A DNA stretch of 64,000 nucleotides, from assembly GCA_029210945.1 (NCBI GenBank), contig JARGGH010000004.1, positions 50,454 through 114,453 of the forward strand, given 5' to 3'. Numbering within the stretch: position 1 is the first letter of the stretch; each line of letters begins with the position of its first letter. The notes beneath the pieces are model-generated. The model was not told the origin of the DNA, ran no database searches, and was given only the letters and a program-made list of their open reading frames with translations. Position numbers and translations under genes: made by a program. Shown here in pieces: positions 38,098 through 47,833 of the stretch. The DNA is from Anaerolineales bacterium (GTDB taxonomy: Bacteria; Chloroflexota; Anaerolineae; Anaerolineales; E44-bin32).

Positions 38098-40248
38098 CTA
38101 CCCTCCGCCGATCCGCACGCGCACATCCAATGCCCATGCGCCGCCATCGCCCGGCATCACCCGCAGCGGGTTGATTTCGAGTTCGTCAACCACCTCGAGC
38201 GTCTCCGCCAGCTGACTCATGCGCAGGATAGTCTCCACAACCGCCTCTCGATCGACGGCGGTTAATCCACGAAAACCACGCAGACGCCGGCCGGCCCATG
38301 TGCCTTCAATCAGCCGTTCCGCCTCTGAAGGCGCCAGCGGCGTGAGCTCGAAGGCTACATCTTGAAGCGCTTCAACCTCCACTCCCCCCGCCCCGAACAT
38401 CACCAGAGGTCCAAACTGCTCATCACGCACAAACCCGAGGATCACCTCCTGCCCTTCTGCGAGATAGGGCTGCAGGATGACCCCGTCCATGCTGAGCGAA
38501 GGCGCCGCGCCCGCAACTCTCTCGACGAGCCCTCGATACGCCGCCCGCACGGCCTCTTGCGACTGCAGGTTCAACGCCAACGCCCCCAGGTCGGACTTGT
38601 GGACGAGCTCTGTCGCCTCGACTTTCATCACGACCGGAAACCCGATCGCCAGGGCCGCCTCGCACGCCTCGTCCTCGCTTGTCGCGCGCCGCTGGTCCGG
38701 GACCGGAATCCCAAAACAGGCTGCTACCTCCGCCGACACGGAGGGAAGCAGAAAGCCGTGCTTGTCCACCCCGGCGCCGTCGAACGCGGCGCGCGCCTGC
38801 TCGACACGCACGTCATCAAATTCAACCGGATCCGACTGGACCTGTTCCAATTGGAGGGCGCGCTGGTGGAGCACCCTCAGTGCGGAGGCGGCGCGTTCGG
38901 GAAAGCGGTAATCGGGGATGCGCGCGCCCCGGAACAGGCGCGCCGCATGGGCAATTAGTTCCTCCCCCATCAGCGCCACGACGACCGGTTTCTGCACAGA
39001 TTGGATCAACGGGATCAGCGCCCCGGCCACTTCAGCGGCCGTCGTCACCGGAGGTGGCGGGAGGATCACGATCACACCGTCAACGTTCTCATCCTCTAGC
39101 AGCACCCGCAGGCAATCCGCATATTCACGCGGCCCGGCACCCGCCAGCATATCGATCGGATTTTTCAGGCTTGCCGCCTCGGGCAGCAGTCCAGCCAGCG
39201 CCTCCACGCTTGTGGGTGCCAACCGGGCCAGGCGCAGCCCGTTTGCAGCGAGCGCGTCGGCTGCGATCGCGCCTGGCCCACCCGCGTTGGTCAAGACCGC
39301 CATCTCGGGTCCGTCCGGCAGCGGGCACCAGGCGAGCGCCCTCGCCCAATCGAACATCTCCTCGCTGTGCCGGGCCCGGATCACACCTGCCTTGCGAAAT
39401 GCGGCGTCGAACGCATCGTCGCTGCCAGCCATCGCGCCGGTATGCGAGGCGACGGCGGCACGGCCTGCTTTAGATTGTCCGACCTTGATCGCCACGACCG
39501 GGATGCGCCCGGTCACTTTGCGCGCTTGCTCGATGAAGTTCCGGCCCTCCCCGATCCCTTCAAGATACATCGCCACGACGCGCGTGTTGGGATCGTCGGC
39601 CGTCGGCGGTAGCAGCTCACCCTCGTTTAGGTCCATCTGGTTGCCCAGGCTGACCAGCCGTGAGAGACCGAAACCCTGACCGCGCGCCCAATCGATCACC
39701 GCTTCGCAGATCGCACCCGAATGAGAAAGGAAAGCGATCTCACCCTGGATCGGACCGGGGAGCGGCAGGAATGACGTGTCGATCGGCAGATGGGTATCCA
39801 GATAGCCGATGCAGTTCGGTCCAAGCACCCGCACCCCAGCATTGCGCGCGGCCGCTAATGCCCGCTCTTCCAGCATACGCCCGTCCTCACCGGTTTCACG
39901 GAAACCCCCGGCGCCTACGATGGCAAAGTGGATCCCCCGCTTCCCGCAGTCGGTGAGCACTTCCGGAACTGCCGGTGCCGGGATCATGATCACGGCCAGA
40001 TCGACCGGATCGGGAACGGAAGCGAGATCATGGTGAAGCGGGCGATCGAACAAGCGCCCACCGCGCGGATTGACGAAATGAATGGCCCCCGGGTAACCAG
40101 AGACCACAAGATTCCTCGCCACACCATAACCGAGCTTGGTTGGGTTTAGAGACGCTCCGACGACGGCGACGCCCCGGGGAGAGAACAAACCTTCGAACAT
40201 CGACTGGCCTCCAGGACGGATCAAGTGCTGCGGTCGGATGGATGACAC
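38098..40248 (-). CDS. ADP-forming acetyl-CoA synthetase / acyl-CoA synthetase (NDP-forming), fused alpha-beta
   Basis: CoA-binding N-domain (VAVVGASLNPTKLGY), succinyl-CoA-synthetase-like ligase domain and a C-terminal ATP-grasp (FPVVMKVEATELVHKSDLGA). Confidence 0.8.
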   Translation of the reverse strand: MSSIRPQHLIRPGGQSMFEGLFSPRGVAVVGASLNPTKLGYGVARNLVVSGYPGAIHFVNPRGGRLFDRPLHHDLASVPDPVDLAVIMIPAPAVPEVLTDCGKRGIHFAIVGAGGFRETGEDGRMLEERALAAARNAGVRVLGPNCIGYLDTHLPIDTSFLPLPGPIQGEIAFLSHSGAICEAVIDWARGQGFGLSRLVSLGNQMDLNEGELLPPTADDPNTRVVAMYLEGIGEGRNFIEQARKVTGRIPVVAIKVGQSKAGRAAVASHTGAMAGSDDAFDAAFRKAGVIRARHSEEMFDWARALAWCPLPDGPEMAVLTNAGGPGAIAADALAANGLRLARLAPTSVEALAGLLPEAASLKNPIDMLAGAGPREYADCLRVLLEDENVDGVIVILPPPPVTTAAEVAGALIPLIQSVQKPVVVALMGEELIAHAARLFRGARIPDYRFPERAASALRVLHQRALQLEQVQSDPVEFDDVRVEQARAAFDGAGVDKHGFLLPSVSAEVAACFGIPVPDQRRATSEDEACEAALAIGFPVVMKVEATELVHKSDLGALALNLQSQEAVRAAYRGLVERVAGAAPSLSMDGVILQPYLAEGQEVILGFVRDEQFGPLVMFGAGGVEVEALQDVAFELTPLAPSEAERLIEGTWAGRRLRGFRGLTAVDREAVVETILRMSQLAETLEVVDELEINPLRVMPGDGGAWALDVRVRIGGG

Positions 40249-40344
40249 CAGAGACCTAAATTACAGTAGCATGGGGTGCTTAGCAAGTTTGAGACCATGT
40301 TATAATCCCGTCAACTTCGGACCGGTGAGTTGGAGGCTTGGCGG

Positions 40345-40872
40345 ATGGTAGAAGTTGAAATAGACAGTATCCGCGTCAGTTTAATGTCGCAGCAGCGCAT
40401 CGTGATACTACGAGAGCGCGATTCCGAGCGCTTCCTCCCGATCTGGATCGGCCCTTATGAGGCTGAAGCGATCACGCTCAGTCTGAACGAAGTTGAGGTT
40501 GTCCGCCCGCTAACCCACGACCTTCTGCGCAACATCATCAACGACCTCGGCGCACAGGTCATGCGCGTTAACATCACCGAACTGCGCGATGATGTCTTCT
40601 ACGCCCGCATCATCCTGCAGGTTGACGGTCAGGAAATGGCTGTAGATTCACGCCCCTCCGACGCCCTGGCGCTGGCTGTACGTGTGCATGTTCCCGTGTT
40701 TGTCGACGAAGAGGTGATGGAAACCGCTTCGACTGAACCTGAAGAGGATATCGAGGCGGAGCTGCCCGAAGGCGAAGAATCCGAAGAGCGCCTGGAGGTG
40801 TTCAAGGATTTTGTCGAATCGCTTGACCTCGGCAAACTCGACGATGAGGAAGGCACCGAGGACGAGGAATAG
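40345..40872 (+). CDS. bifunctional nuclease (BFN/DUF151) family protein with acidic C-terminal tail
   Basis: [13 protein letters not shown]...RPLTHDL...[12 protein letters not shown]. ggagg RBS 8 nt upstream. Confidence 0.65.
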   Translation: MVEVEIDSIRVSLMSQQRIVILRERDSERFLPIWIGPYEAEAITLSLNEVEVVRPLTHDLLRNIINDLGAQVMRVNITELRDDVFYARIILQVDGQEMAVDSRPSDALALAVRVHVPVFVDEEVMETASTEPEEDIEAELPEGEESEERLEVFKDFVESLDLGKLDDEEGTEDEE

Positions 40873-41025
40873 CCCGCATTCCCGTATCAACGGCGCCCTC
40901 ACCAAACGACCGGCAATCACGTTCGACGAAGTTCACACAACCGGTACGGATATTGTCTTCCACTTTCTGCGTTCTCCTTCTATGATGATGAAGGAGATCT
41001 TTTAGCCTAAAGCGATGGCCAGTGC

Positions 41026-42414
41026 ATGAGCGATTTCCCATTTTCACCCGCCGATAACCCTCCTTCAGGCGACGGTCGTTCGACTCGGGAGCTGCCCCAC
41101 GATCGCCAGGCGGAAGAGGCTGTGCTCGGCGCCATCATGGTCAACCCCGAAGTCTATTATGATGTCGCCCACTTCCTGACCGCGGAGGATTTCTTCCTGC
41201 ACCGCAACCGCTGGGTATGGGAGGCGTTCGCCGCACTGCACGACCAGCGCCTACCGGTGGACATTCTGACTGTCTCGGAAGAACTTGAGCGCCAGAGCCG
41301 GCTCGACGAAGTCGGCGGTCCGGCTTACCTCACGTCGCTGATCAATAACGTGCCCTCCTCACTGCACGCCGAGGCCTACGCACGCACGGTGGAGGAGACC
41401 GCCACCCGGCGCCGCTTGCTATCGGCGGCGAACACAATCGCCCGGCTCGCTTACCAGACCAGTTCGACGATCGAAGAGGTCGTCAACGACTCCGAGAAAT
41501 CGATTTTCGGCGTGAGCGAGCACCGCCTGACCCACCAACTGCAGCCGATCAAACATGTTCTCTCGGAATATTATGACCGCATCGATTATCTCGCCCGGCA
41601 CCGGGATGAGACGATTGGCGTTCCTACCGGGTTCATCGATCTGGACCGGCTGCTGGGCGGGCTGCAATCGAGCGATCTGCTGATCATCGCCGGCCGGCCC
41701 GGTCAGGGCAAATCAGGCTTCTGCCTTTCTGTGGCGAAGAACGCCAGCCAGATCCACAAGAAGCACGTGGCGCTCTTCTCGCTCGAGATGTCCAACGAAC
41801 AGCTCGTACAGCGCCTCGTCGCACAGGAAACCGGAATTGACTCACAGCGCCTGCGCCTGGCAAACCTGCAGGATGACGAATGGCCAATCTTCACGCAGGC
41901 GGTCAGCTCGATGAGCGAGACCCATATTTACCTCGACGACACGCCGGCGATCACGCCGCTGCAGCTGCGCACCAAATGCCGCCGGCTGCACATGGAGGTC
42001 GGGCTCGATTTGATCGTGATCGACTACCTGCAGCTCATGACGGGCGACAGCCGCATCGACAACCGCGTCCAGGAGGTCTCCTACATCTCCCGCAACCTGA
42101 AAGCGCTGGCGCGCGAACTGAACGTCCCGGTGCTCGCCGCTGCACAACTCTCACGCGCTGTCGAATCCCGCCGGCCGCCGCGACCGATCCTCTCCGACTT
42201 GCGCGAATCGGGCAGCCTCGAGCAGGATGCCGACGTGGTGCTGTTCATCTACCGCCCGGACCAGTACGAAGACGACACGCTCAAGCAGAACATCGCCGAG
42301 ATCATCGTCGCCAAACACCGCAATGGCCCGGTGGGCGTCGTCGAACTGGTCTTCCGCCAATCGCTGGCGAAGTTCGAGAACGCCGCAACCCGCATGGCGG
42401 TCGAGCATGAGTAA
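41026..42414 (+). CDS. dnaB: replicative DNA helicase DnaB
   Basis: N-terminal domain (AEEAVLGAIM), Walker A GRPGQGKS, and H2/H3/H4 motifs (SLEMS...IDYLQLM...AAAQLSR). Confidence 0.9.
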   Translation: MSDFPFSPADNPPSGDGRSTRELPHDRQAEEAVLGAIMVNPEVYYDVAHFLTAEDFFLHRNRWVWEAFAALHDQRLPVDILTVSEELERQSRLDEVGGPAYLTSLINNVPSSLHAEAYARTVEETATRRRLLSAANTIARLAYQTSSTIEEVVNDSEKSIFGVSEHRLTHQLQPIKHVLSEYYDRIDYLARHRDETIGVPTGFIDLDRLLGGLQSSDLLIIAGRPGQGKSGFCLSVAKNASQIHKKHVALFSLEMSNEQLVQRLVAQETGIDSQRLRLANLQDDEWPIFTQAVSSMSETHIYLDDTPAITPLQLRTKCRRLHMEVGLDLIVIDYLQLMTGDSRIDNRVQEVSYISRNLKALARELNVPVLAAAQLSRAVESRRPPRPILSDLRESGSLEQDADVVLFIYRPDQYEDDTLKQNIAEIIVAKHRNGPVGVVELVFRQSLAKFENAATRMAVEHE

Positions 42415-42451
42415 ATGGCATTATGGCTGCTGAAGCGATCTTCGGACGCCT

Positions 42452-43165
42452 ATGAAGGATCATCCTGGTTTCTCCGGTTTTCCTGCAGGCCGTCTGCCGC
42501 TGACGCCGGTCCCGAACCTTTTCTTCAGCGAGCTGCTCCCGCAGATCGACCATCTCGGCGAGCTGAAAATCACGCTCTACGCCTTCTGGGCCCTGGCCAA
42601 GAAACCGCCCGAGCAGCGCTATCTGACGCTGGAGGGCCTGCAGGCAGACGAGCGCCTGCTGCAGGCATTCGCAGATCCTGATCTCAGCGAGATTGAAGGT
42701 CTGCAGGAAGCGCTTGAACGCGCCGTGGCACGCGGCACGTTGCTCAAAGTCACGGTTGACGATCAAGAGGGACAGGCATATTTCTTCATCAACTCAGCCA
42801 GGGGACGGGCTGCGGTCGAAGGGATCGTGTCCGGAGAGTGGCATCCGAGCGGTGATCCAGAATCGCCGATCTCCCTGGCACATGAGCGCCCCAACATCTA
42901 TACTCTCTACGAGCAAAATATCGGCCCGCTGACGCCGATGATCGCCGAAGAGCTGCGGGATGCAGAGAAGGAATACCCGCCAGACTGGATCGAGGACAGC
43001 ATCCGCATCGCGGTTGAGAACAACGTCAGGAAATGGCGCTACGTCGAGGCCATCCTGGAAGATTGGAAGAGTCGAGGCAGGGATGAGCGAGAAGATCGAG
43101 GAGACACTGAAAAGGCTCGCCGCAGGTACATCCAGGGAAAATTCGCAGACCTCTGGGACTCCTGA
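42452..43165 (+). CDS. DnaD-domain replication initiation protein
   Basis: C-terminal DnaD-like region (IAEELRDAEKEYPPDWIEDSIRIAVENNVRKWRYVEAILEDW). Located between dnaB and the loader gene. Confidence 0.6.
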   Translation: MKDHPGFSGFPAGRLPLTPVPNLFFSELLPQIDHLGELKITLYAFWALAKKPPEQRYLTLEGLQADERLLQAFADPDLSEIEGLQEALERAVARGTLLKVTVDDQEGQAYFFINSARGRAAVEGIVSGEWHPSGDPESPISLAHERPNIYTLYEQNIGPLTPMIAEELRDAEKEYPPDWIEDSIRIAVENNVRKWRYVEAILEDWKSRGRDEREDRGDTEKARRRYIQGKFADLWDS

Positions 43166-44483
43166 GGCCGGCCGTCAGAACAGCGACCGCGCTGGCGATC
43201 CAAACTGCCCGCACTGCCAGGGTACAGGTTACTTGCGCGACGATCTACCCCTTGGCCACCCGGAGTTCGGGCGCCTGCGGATCTGTGTGTGCCGTCAGCC
43301 CGAGCTGCATTCACGCATCCGCGACCGGCTCTTCAGCCTGAGCCAGCTCGACAAGCTTGAGCACCTCACATTTGAGTCGTTCAACCCGCGCGGGCGCGTC
43401 GGCCTGGGGACCCAACAGCAGGAATCGATCGCGAAAGCCTTCAACCTGGCGCAGTCTTTCGCTGAAGAGCGCAGCGGTTGGCTGCTGCTGCTCGGCGGCT
43501 ACGGCGTCGGGAAAACCCACCTGGCGGCGGCCGTTGCCAACCGGGCCGTCGATGAGGGGGTTCCAACGCTCTTTCTCACCGTTCCGGATTTGCTTGATCA
43601 GCTGCGTTTCGCATACGGTTCCGAGGATGAAACCTTCGAAGCGCGCTTTGAACGGGTCCGCACCGCGCCGCTCCTGATCATGGATGATTTCGGCACGCAA
43701 AGCGCCACGCCCTGGGCGCGCGAGAAGCTGTTCCAGATCCTTAACTACCGCTATGTGAATCACCTGCCGACTGTCGTGACGACGAACCTAGCCCTCGAGC
43801 AGATTGAAGGGCGCATGCGCTCGCGGCTTTCGGATCCGGATCTCGTCGCGCTGGTGACGATTAACGCCCCGGATTTTCGCCGGCCGACCGATGACAGCGG
43901 CCAGCACGAGCTCTCCACCCTGTCGCTGCATGCCAGCCAGACTTTTGGCACCTTCAGCCTGCGCAAAGACGAAGGTCTTTCCAGGACCGATCTCAAAACG
44001 CTCGACAATGCTTTTAAGGTCGCCCAGGGGTTCGCCGAGAAACCACAGGGTTGGCTGGTGCTGATGGGACCTTATGGCTCGGGCAAGACCCACCTGGCCT
44101 CCGCCATTGCGAACTACCGCGCCAGCCAGGGCTTCCCGGTGATGTTCGTCGTCGTGCCCGATATGCTCGACCACCTGCGGGCGACCTTCAACCCGAACAG
44201 CGAAACATCTTATGATCGCCGCTTCGACGAGATTCGTACGGCGCCGTTATTGATCCTCGACGACATGGGCTCGCAGGCCGCCAAACCCTGGGTGCAGGAA
44301 AAGCTTTACCAGCTCTACAACTACCGCTACAACGCCGAACTTCCCACGGTCATCACCACCGCGGACGCACTCGAAGAGATCGACCCGCGCCTGCGGGCAA
44401 GACTGATGGACCGCCGTCTGGTGCGCATCGCCCCGATCACCGTGCCTGCCTTCAGGGGAGGTCCAACCAAAACCCGGCGTTGA
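43083..44483 (+). CDS. helicase-loader ATPase with TWO tandem DnaC/DnaI-type AAA+ modules and an N-terminal Cys-cluster (Zn-ribbon-like)
   Basis: CPHCQGTGY...ICVC. Module 1 has GGYGVGKTHLA...LLIMDDFG; module 2 has GPYGSGKTHLA...LLILDDMG. The modules share roughly 45% identity by eye. The start is placed at ATG 43083 and overlaps the DnaD-like gene. Confidence 0.7.
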   Translation: MSEKIEETLKRLAAGTSRENSQTSGTPEAGRQNSDRAGDPNCPHCQGTGYLRDDLPLGHPEFGRLRICVCRQPELHSRIRDRLFSLSQLDKLEHLTFESFNPRGRVGLGTQQQESIAKAFNLAQSFAEERSGWLLLLGGYGVGKTHLAAAVANRAVDEGVPTLFLTVPDLLDQLRFAYGSEDETFEARFERVRTAPLLIMDDFGTQSATPWAREKLFQILNYRYVNHLPTVVTTNLALEQIEGRMRSRLSDPDLVALVTINAPDFRRPTDDSGQHELSTLSLHASQTFGTFSLRKDEGLSRTDLKTLDNAFKVAQGFAEKPQGWLVLMGPYGSGKTHLASAIANYRASQGFPVMFVVVPDMLDHLRATFNPNSETSYDRRFDEIRTAPLLILDDMGSQAAKPWVQEKLYQLYNYRYNAELPTVITTADALEEIDPRLRARLMDRRLVRIAPITVPAFRGGPTKTRR

Positions 44484-44509
44484 CCGGCGCGACCCCTCAA
44501 TGGTACAAT
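44480..44509 (+). promoter_or_regulatory. candidate promoter for tRNA-Glu (TTGACC-18-TGgTACAAT)
   Basis: Seen in sequence, ending ~10 nt before the tRNA 5' end. Confidence 0.45.
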
Positions 44510-44519
44510 CTCTCCCGCT

Positions 44520-44595
44520 GCCCCCATCGTCTAGGGGACCAGGACGTAGGCCTTTCAAGCCTAAAACGGGGGTTCGAATCCCCCTGGGGGCACCA
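44520..44595 (+). tRNA. tRNA-Glu (anticodon UUC), CCA encoded
   Basis: Cloverleaf folded by hand: acceptor GCCCCCA/UGGGGGC, D-stem GUC/GAC, anticodon stem UAGGC/GCCUA, loop CUUUCAA, T-arm GGGGG-UUCGAAU-CCCCC. It parallels E. coli tRNA-Glu. Confidence 0.85.
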
Positions 44596-44600
44596 CAAAA

Positions 44601-44633
44601 CCGGTCAGCGAGATGCTGGCCGGTTTATATATT
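44601..44633 (+). terminator. rho-independent terminator after tRNA-Glu
   Basis: ccggtcagc-gagat-gctggccgg (9 bp with one G-U pair) followed by TTTATATATT. Confidence 0.55.
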
Positions 44634-44924
44634 CGCCGATGCATTTGCACTGGCGTATGCACAGCGCAGACTTCAGCCCGGATGACTCCGTCCAAATCCC
44701 GCCGAGCGCTGGCTCGGCCGCCTCCCGCTCTGTACATCTGCTGGCGGCGGTTGATGCCGTCGATGTGCCGGATCCTCCGCCCCCTCGTACCAACTTCACG
44801 GATCGCTCATCCTTCAGCGAAAAACCCGGCGATCTCAACCGGACCACCCAAACAACACATTCCGAATCCCTGAGAACCTCAACACAGCGAGGGCTCAAAC
44901 AACACCATGCAACTTTATAAAACC

Positions 44925-44953
44925 TTGACAATATGTGGATAAAGAGATAGCAT
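44925..44953 (+). promoter_or_regulatory. candidate sigma70-like promoter (TTGACA-17-TAGCAT) upstream of the B12-photoreceptor regulator gene
   Basis: Consensus -35 with 17-nt spacing; the ATG is 80 nt downstream. Confidence 0.4.
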
Positions 44954-45034
44954 TGGATCAGATTAGCTCGCTGGATCGGAAGCTCCTTTCTTGCGACAGC
45001 TAGCTGCCCGACAGATGATTTTCTACAGGCGTCC

Positions 45035-46375
45035 ATGGAGCAGATGATGGTCAACCAGTTTAAAAACGAGCCCACATATAACTTGAAGGCGGTCGTCAAG
45101 GAGACCGGTATCAAGCCGGACACGCTGCGGGCCTGGGAACGCCGTTACGGCTTGCCGCAACCCGAGCGCACAGAAGGCGGCCACCGCATCTTCACCCAGC
45201 GGGACATCGAGACATTGAAATGGCTTTCAGCCCGCCAGGAGGAGGGGCTCAGCATCAGCCGCGCCGTCGACCTCTGGCACAAATTCGAGTCTGAAGGTCA
45301 GGATCCGCTGCTCTCCCTGGATTACGATACGGGTCCAGCGACAGAACCGCTTAAGGTTCTCTCGGGCAAGACGATCGATGAATCGCGTAAGGCGTGGGTC
45401 GCGGCCTGTTCCGAATTTGATGAAGACCTGGCCGAGCAAATTCTAAATCAAGCATTCGCCCAATTTTCTCCCGAGACTGTTGTGCTCGAAGTGTTGGTTA
45501 AAGGGCTGCATTCGATTGGAGAGGGCTGGTATCGAGGTGAGATCACCGTGCAGCAGGAGCATTTTGCCTCTTCACTGGCGCTGCGCCGGCTCGACGCGCT
45601 GATCGCCGCTTCGCCCACCCCGACCCGGAAAAGAACGGTCCTGATCGCCTGCCCTCCCGAAGACGAACACACCTTCAGCTCGCTCGTGCTCACCTACCTC
45701 CTCAGGCGTCGCGGACGCCGGGCGTTGTTCCTCGGCGCCAACGTGCCTTTCGCCCAATTCAGCGATGCGCTGGATCAAACGAAACCCGCGCTTGTGGTCA
45801 TGACTGCCCAGGATCTGCATACCGCCGCTCAACAGCTGCCATTTTCTGATCTGCTCGCCGAACGCGGAATCCCGTTTGCGTTTGGAGGGTTGGTCTTCAA
45901 CCTCAGGCCCGGCCTGCACGAACATATCCGGGGTCACCTGTTGGGGGAAACCCTGGCCGAGGTGCCGGATGCCGTGGAGCGGTTGATCGCCGCCGGCGCA
46001 AAGCCTCCTGAGGTCGAGCCCATCCCGGACGAATACCTCAACGCGATCGATGCCCTCAAAGTGAAAGAGAACGCGGTCATCGCCGGGCTATCACACTTCC
46101 TCCAGGATACCAGCATGGACAACTGTCATATGGCGCTGGCCAACCTCCATCTGACACGCGGTGTGCTCGCCGCCCTTAAACTCGGGGAACTCGACTACTT
46201 GAACCAGGATATCCTCTGGGCGCAGGGTTTGATCGAGAATTATCAGATCCCGCCGGAAAGCTTGATTGACTACCTCAGGACCTACGGCGAGGTCATTCAG
46301 AATACCCTTGGTGACGTCGGTCAGCCCATCACCGAAGCGATGCAATCGCTGATCGAGGAACTGAACGCAGGCTGA
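45035..46375 (+). CDS. MerR-family transcriptional regulator with cobalamin-binding domains (CarH/LitR-type photoreceptor) plus ~115-aa C-terminal extension
   Basis: MerR HTH (YNLKAVVKETGIKPDTLRAWERRYGL). Four-helix B12-binding_2 with the W-x9-EH motif (WYRGEITVQQEH). Rossmann B12 domain with ExH (PPEDEHTF). Confidence 0.8.
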   Translation: MEQMMVNQFKNEPTYNLKAVVKETGIKPDTLRAWERRYGLPQPERTEGGHRIFTQRDIETLKWLSARQEEGLSISRAVDLWHKFESEGQDPLLSLDYDTGPATEPLKVLSGKTIDESRKAWVAACSEFDEDLAEQILNQAFAQFSPETVVLEVLVKGLHSIGEGWYRGEITVQQEHFASSLALRRLDALIAASPTPTRKRTVLIACPPEDEHTFSSLVLTYLLRRRGRRALFLGANVPFAQFSDALDQTKPALVVMTAQDLHTAAQQLPFSDLLAERGIPFAFGGLVFNLRPGLHEHIRGHLLGETLAEVPDAVERLIAAGAKPPEVEPIPDEYLNAIDALKVKENAVIAGLSHFLQDTSMDNCHMALANLHLTRGVLAALKLGELDYLNQDILWAQGLIENYQIPPESLIDYLRTYGEVIQNTLGDVGQPITEAMQSLIEELNAG

Positions 46376-46405
46376 AACCGGCACGCTAATAAATGGGAGG
46401 TCGCG

Positions 46406-47347
46406 ATGATTTACATTACTGGTGGTTCAGGTTTCTTGGGCAGTCATATCGTGGAGCACCTCACCTCCAAGGGAAGCGAGGTGCGCGTCCTTGTTCGCGA
46501 CCGGGAACGAGCCCTGCAAGAAGGCCGACTGGCCGGCCTGGAGATCGATTGGGTCGATGGCGATGTCACCAGGCCCGAATCGCTGGCCGCTGGACTGGAA
46601 GGTGTCGATCAGATCATTCACACCGCCGCAATCGCCATCGAGAAGGGCCAAGCGACCTACGAAGAGGTCAACTTCCAGGGCACCGTCAACCTGGTGGATG
46701 CCGCAAAGGAAGCGGGCATCAAACGCTTTATCAACATTTCCCAACTGGGCGCCTCGCCCGAGTTGCCCTACCGCTTCCTGGCGTCAAAAGGGCGCGCCCA
46801 GGCCTATGTCGCCCGCTCCGGCCTGGACTGGACCGCATTCCGCCCGTCCGTGATCTGGGGTCCGGAAGATGAGTTTGCCAACACGTTCGCACGTCTCGTG
46901 CCAATCACGCCGATCATCTTCCCCGTTATCGGCGGCGAAGAGGCACGCTTTCAACCGGTATGGGTTGAGGACGTTGCCAGTGCCGCGATCGGCGCATTAG
47001 ACGACCCGGGCACATGGCAGAAAGAATTCGAACTTGGCGGTCCCGAGGTATTGACACTCGAGCAGATTGAACGCCGCGTGATGCAAGCTATCGATGCGAA
47101 GCGCTTGATGGTGCGCTTCCCAATGCCACTGCTCCGCTTTGCGGTCAAAATGATGGAACTGGCGCTGCCCAACCCACCGGTGACGAGCAGTCTGCTGGAA
47201 CTACTGCAGGTCGAAAATGTGACCAGCGACAACGCGTTGAACCGATTTGTCGAATCACCGCGTGCGTTTGATCCCGAATATCTCGCTGCCTACATGAAAG
47301 ACTTCACGGTCAGGGACACGCTGCGCAGCTTCATGGGTCGAGTTTGA
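46406..47347 (+). CDS. NAD(P)-binding NmrA/epimerase-like (NDUFA9-like) protein
   Basis: ITGGSGFLGSHIV Rossmann motif. Confidence 0.7.
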   Translation: MIYITGGSGFLGSHIVEHLTSKGSEVRVLVRDRERALQEGRLAGLEIDWVDGDVTRPESLAAGLEGVDQIIHTAAIAIEKGQATYEEVNFQGTVNLVDAAKEAGIKRFINISQLGASPELPYRFLASKGRAQAYVARSGLDWTAFRPSVIWGPEDEFANTFARLVPITPIIFPVIGGEEARFQPVWVEDVASAAIGALDDPGTWQKEFELGGPEVLTLEQIERRVMQAIDAKRLMVRFPMPLLRFAVKMMELALPNPPVTSSLLELLQVENVTSDNALNRFVESPRAFDPEYLAAYMKDFTVRDTLRSFMGRV

Positions 47348-47371
47348 ATTCAGTCCATAAAGCGATCCACC

Positions 47372-47833
47372 ATGGAACATCAAAGCCAATTCACGGTAAA
47401 TGCACCGGTCGAGGCAGTCAGGCAGTTTCACCAATCGGCCAACAGCCTGCAGGAGATCACGCCGCCTCTGATCCCGATGACGGCGGTGGATGCCCCGGAC
47501 CCATTAACCGAGGGGGCTCAAATAGCATTCACGCTCTGGTTCGGACCGCTGCCGGTGCGCTGGACAGCCCGGATCGAGGATCTCGATCCAAATGGTTTTG
47601 TGGATCGCCAGGCTTCAGGCCCTTTCGCTTCCTGGGTCCACCGGCACGTGTTCACCGCCCTCGATCGGAACAAGACTCGCGTCGATGATCACGTGACATA
47701 CAAACTGAAATCAAACCCATTCTGGTGGCTCGTGGGTGGAACGATGGCGATCGGGCTGCCGCTCCTGTTCCGCTACCGCGCTTATAAGACCCGACAAATC
47801 CTCACAGGAAACCTCGAAGGATATGGAAGCTAA
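47372..47833 (+). CDS. SRPBCC (Bet v1/START-like) domain protein with C-terminal TM helix
   Basis: 153 aa; polyketide_cyc2-like pattern; C-terminal FWWLVGGTMAIGLPLLF. Confidence 0.5.
   Translation: MEHQSQFTVNAPVEAVRQFHQSANSLQEITPPLIPMTAVDAPDPLTEGAQIAFTLWFGPLPVRWTARIEDLDPNGFVDRQASGPFASWVHRHVFTALDRNKTRVDDHVTYKLKSNPFWWLVGGTMAIGLPLLFRYRAYKTRQILTGNLEGYGS

Noticed and set aside
38362-39679. Long plus-strand ORFs (198, 264 and 253 aa) opposite the acetyl-CoA synthetase gene
   Set aside because: They are Arg/Pro/Ala-rich antisense frames of a well-supported 716-aa CDS.
44605-45123. 172-aa minus-strand ORF covering the spacer after tRNA-Glu
   Set aside because: The composition is Cys/Trp/Arg-rich and random-looking, with no RBS. 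It overlaps the tRNA terminator and the downstream promoter. Most likely a GC-rich frame artefact.
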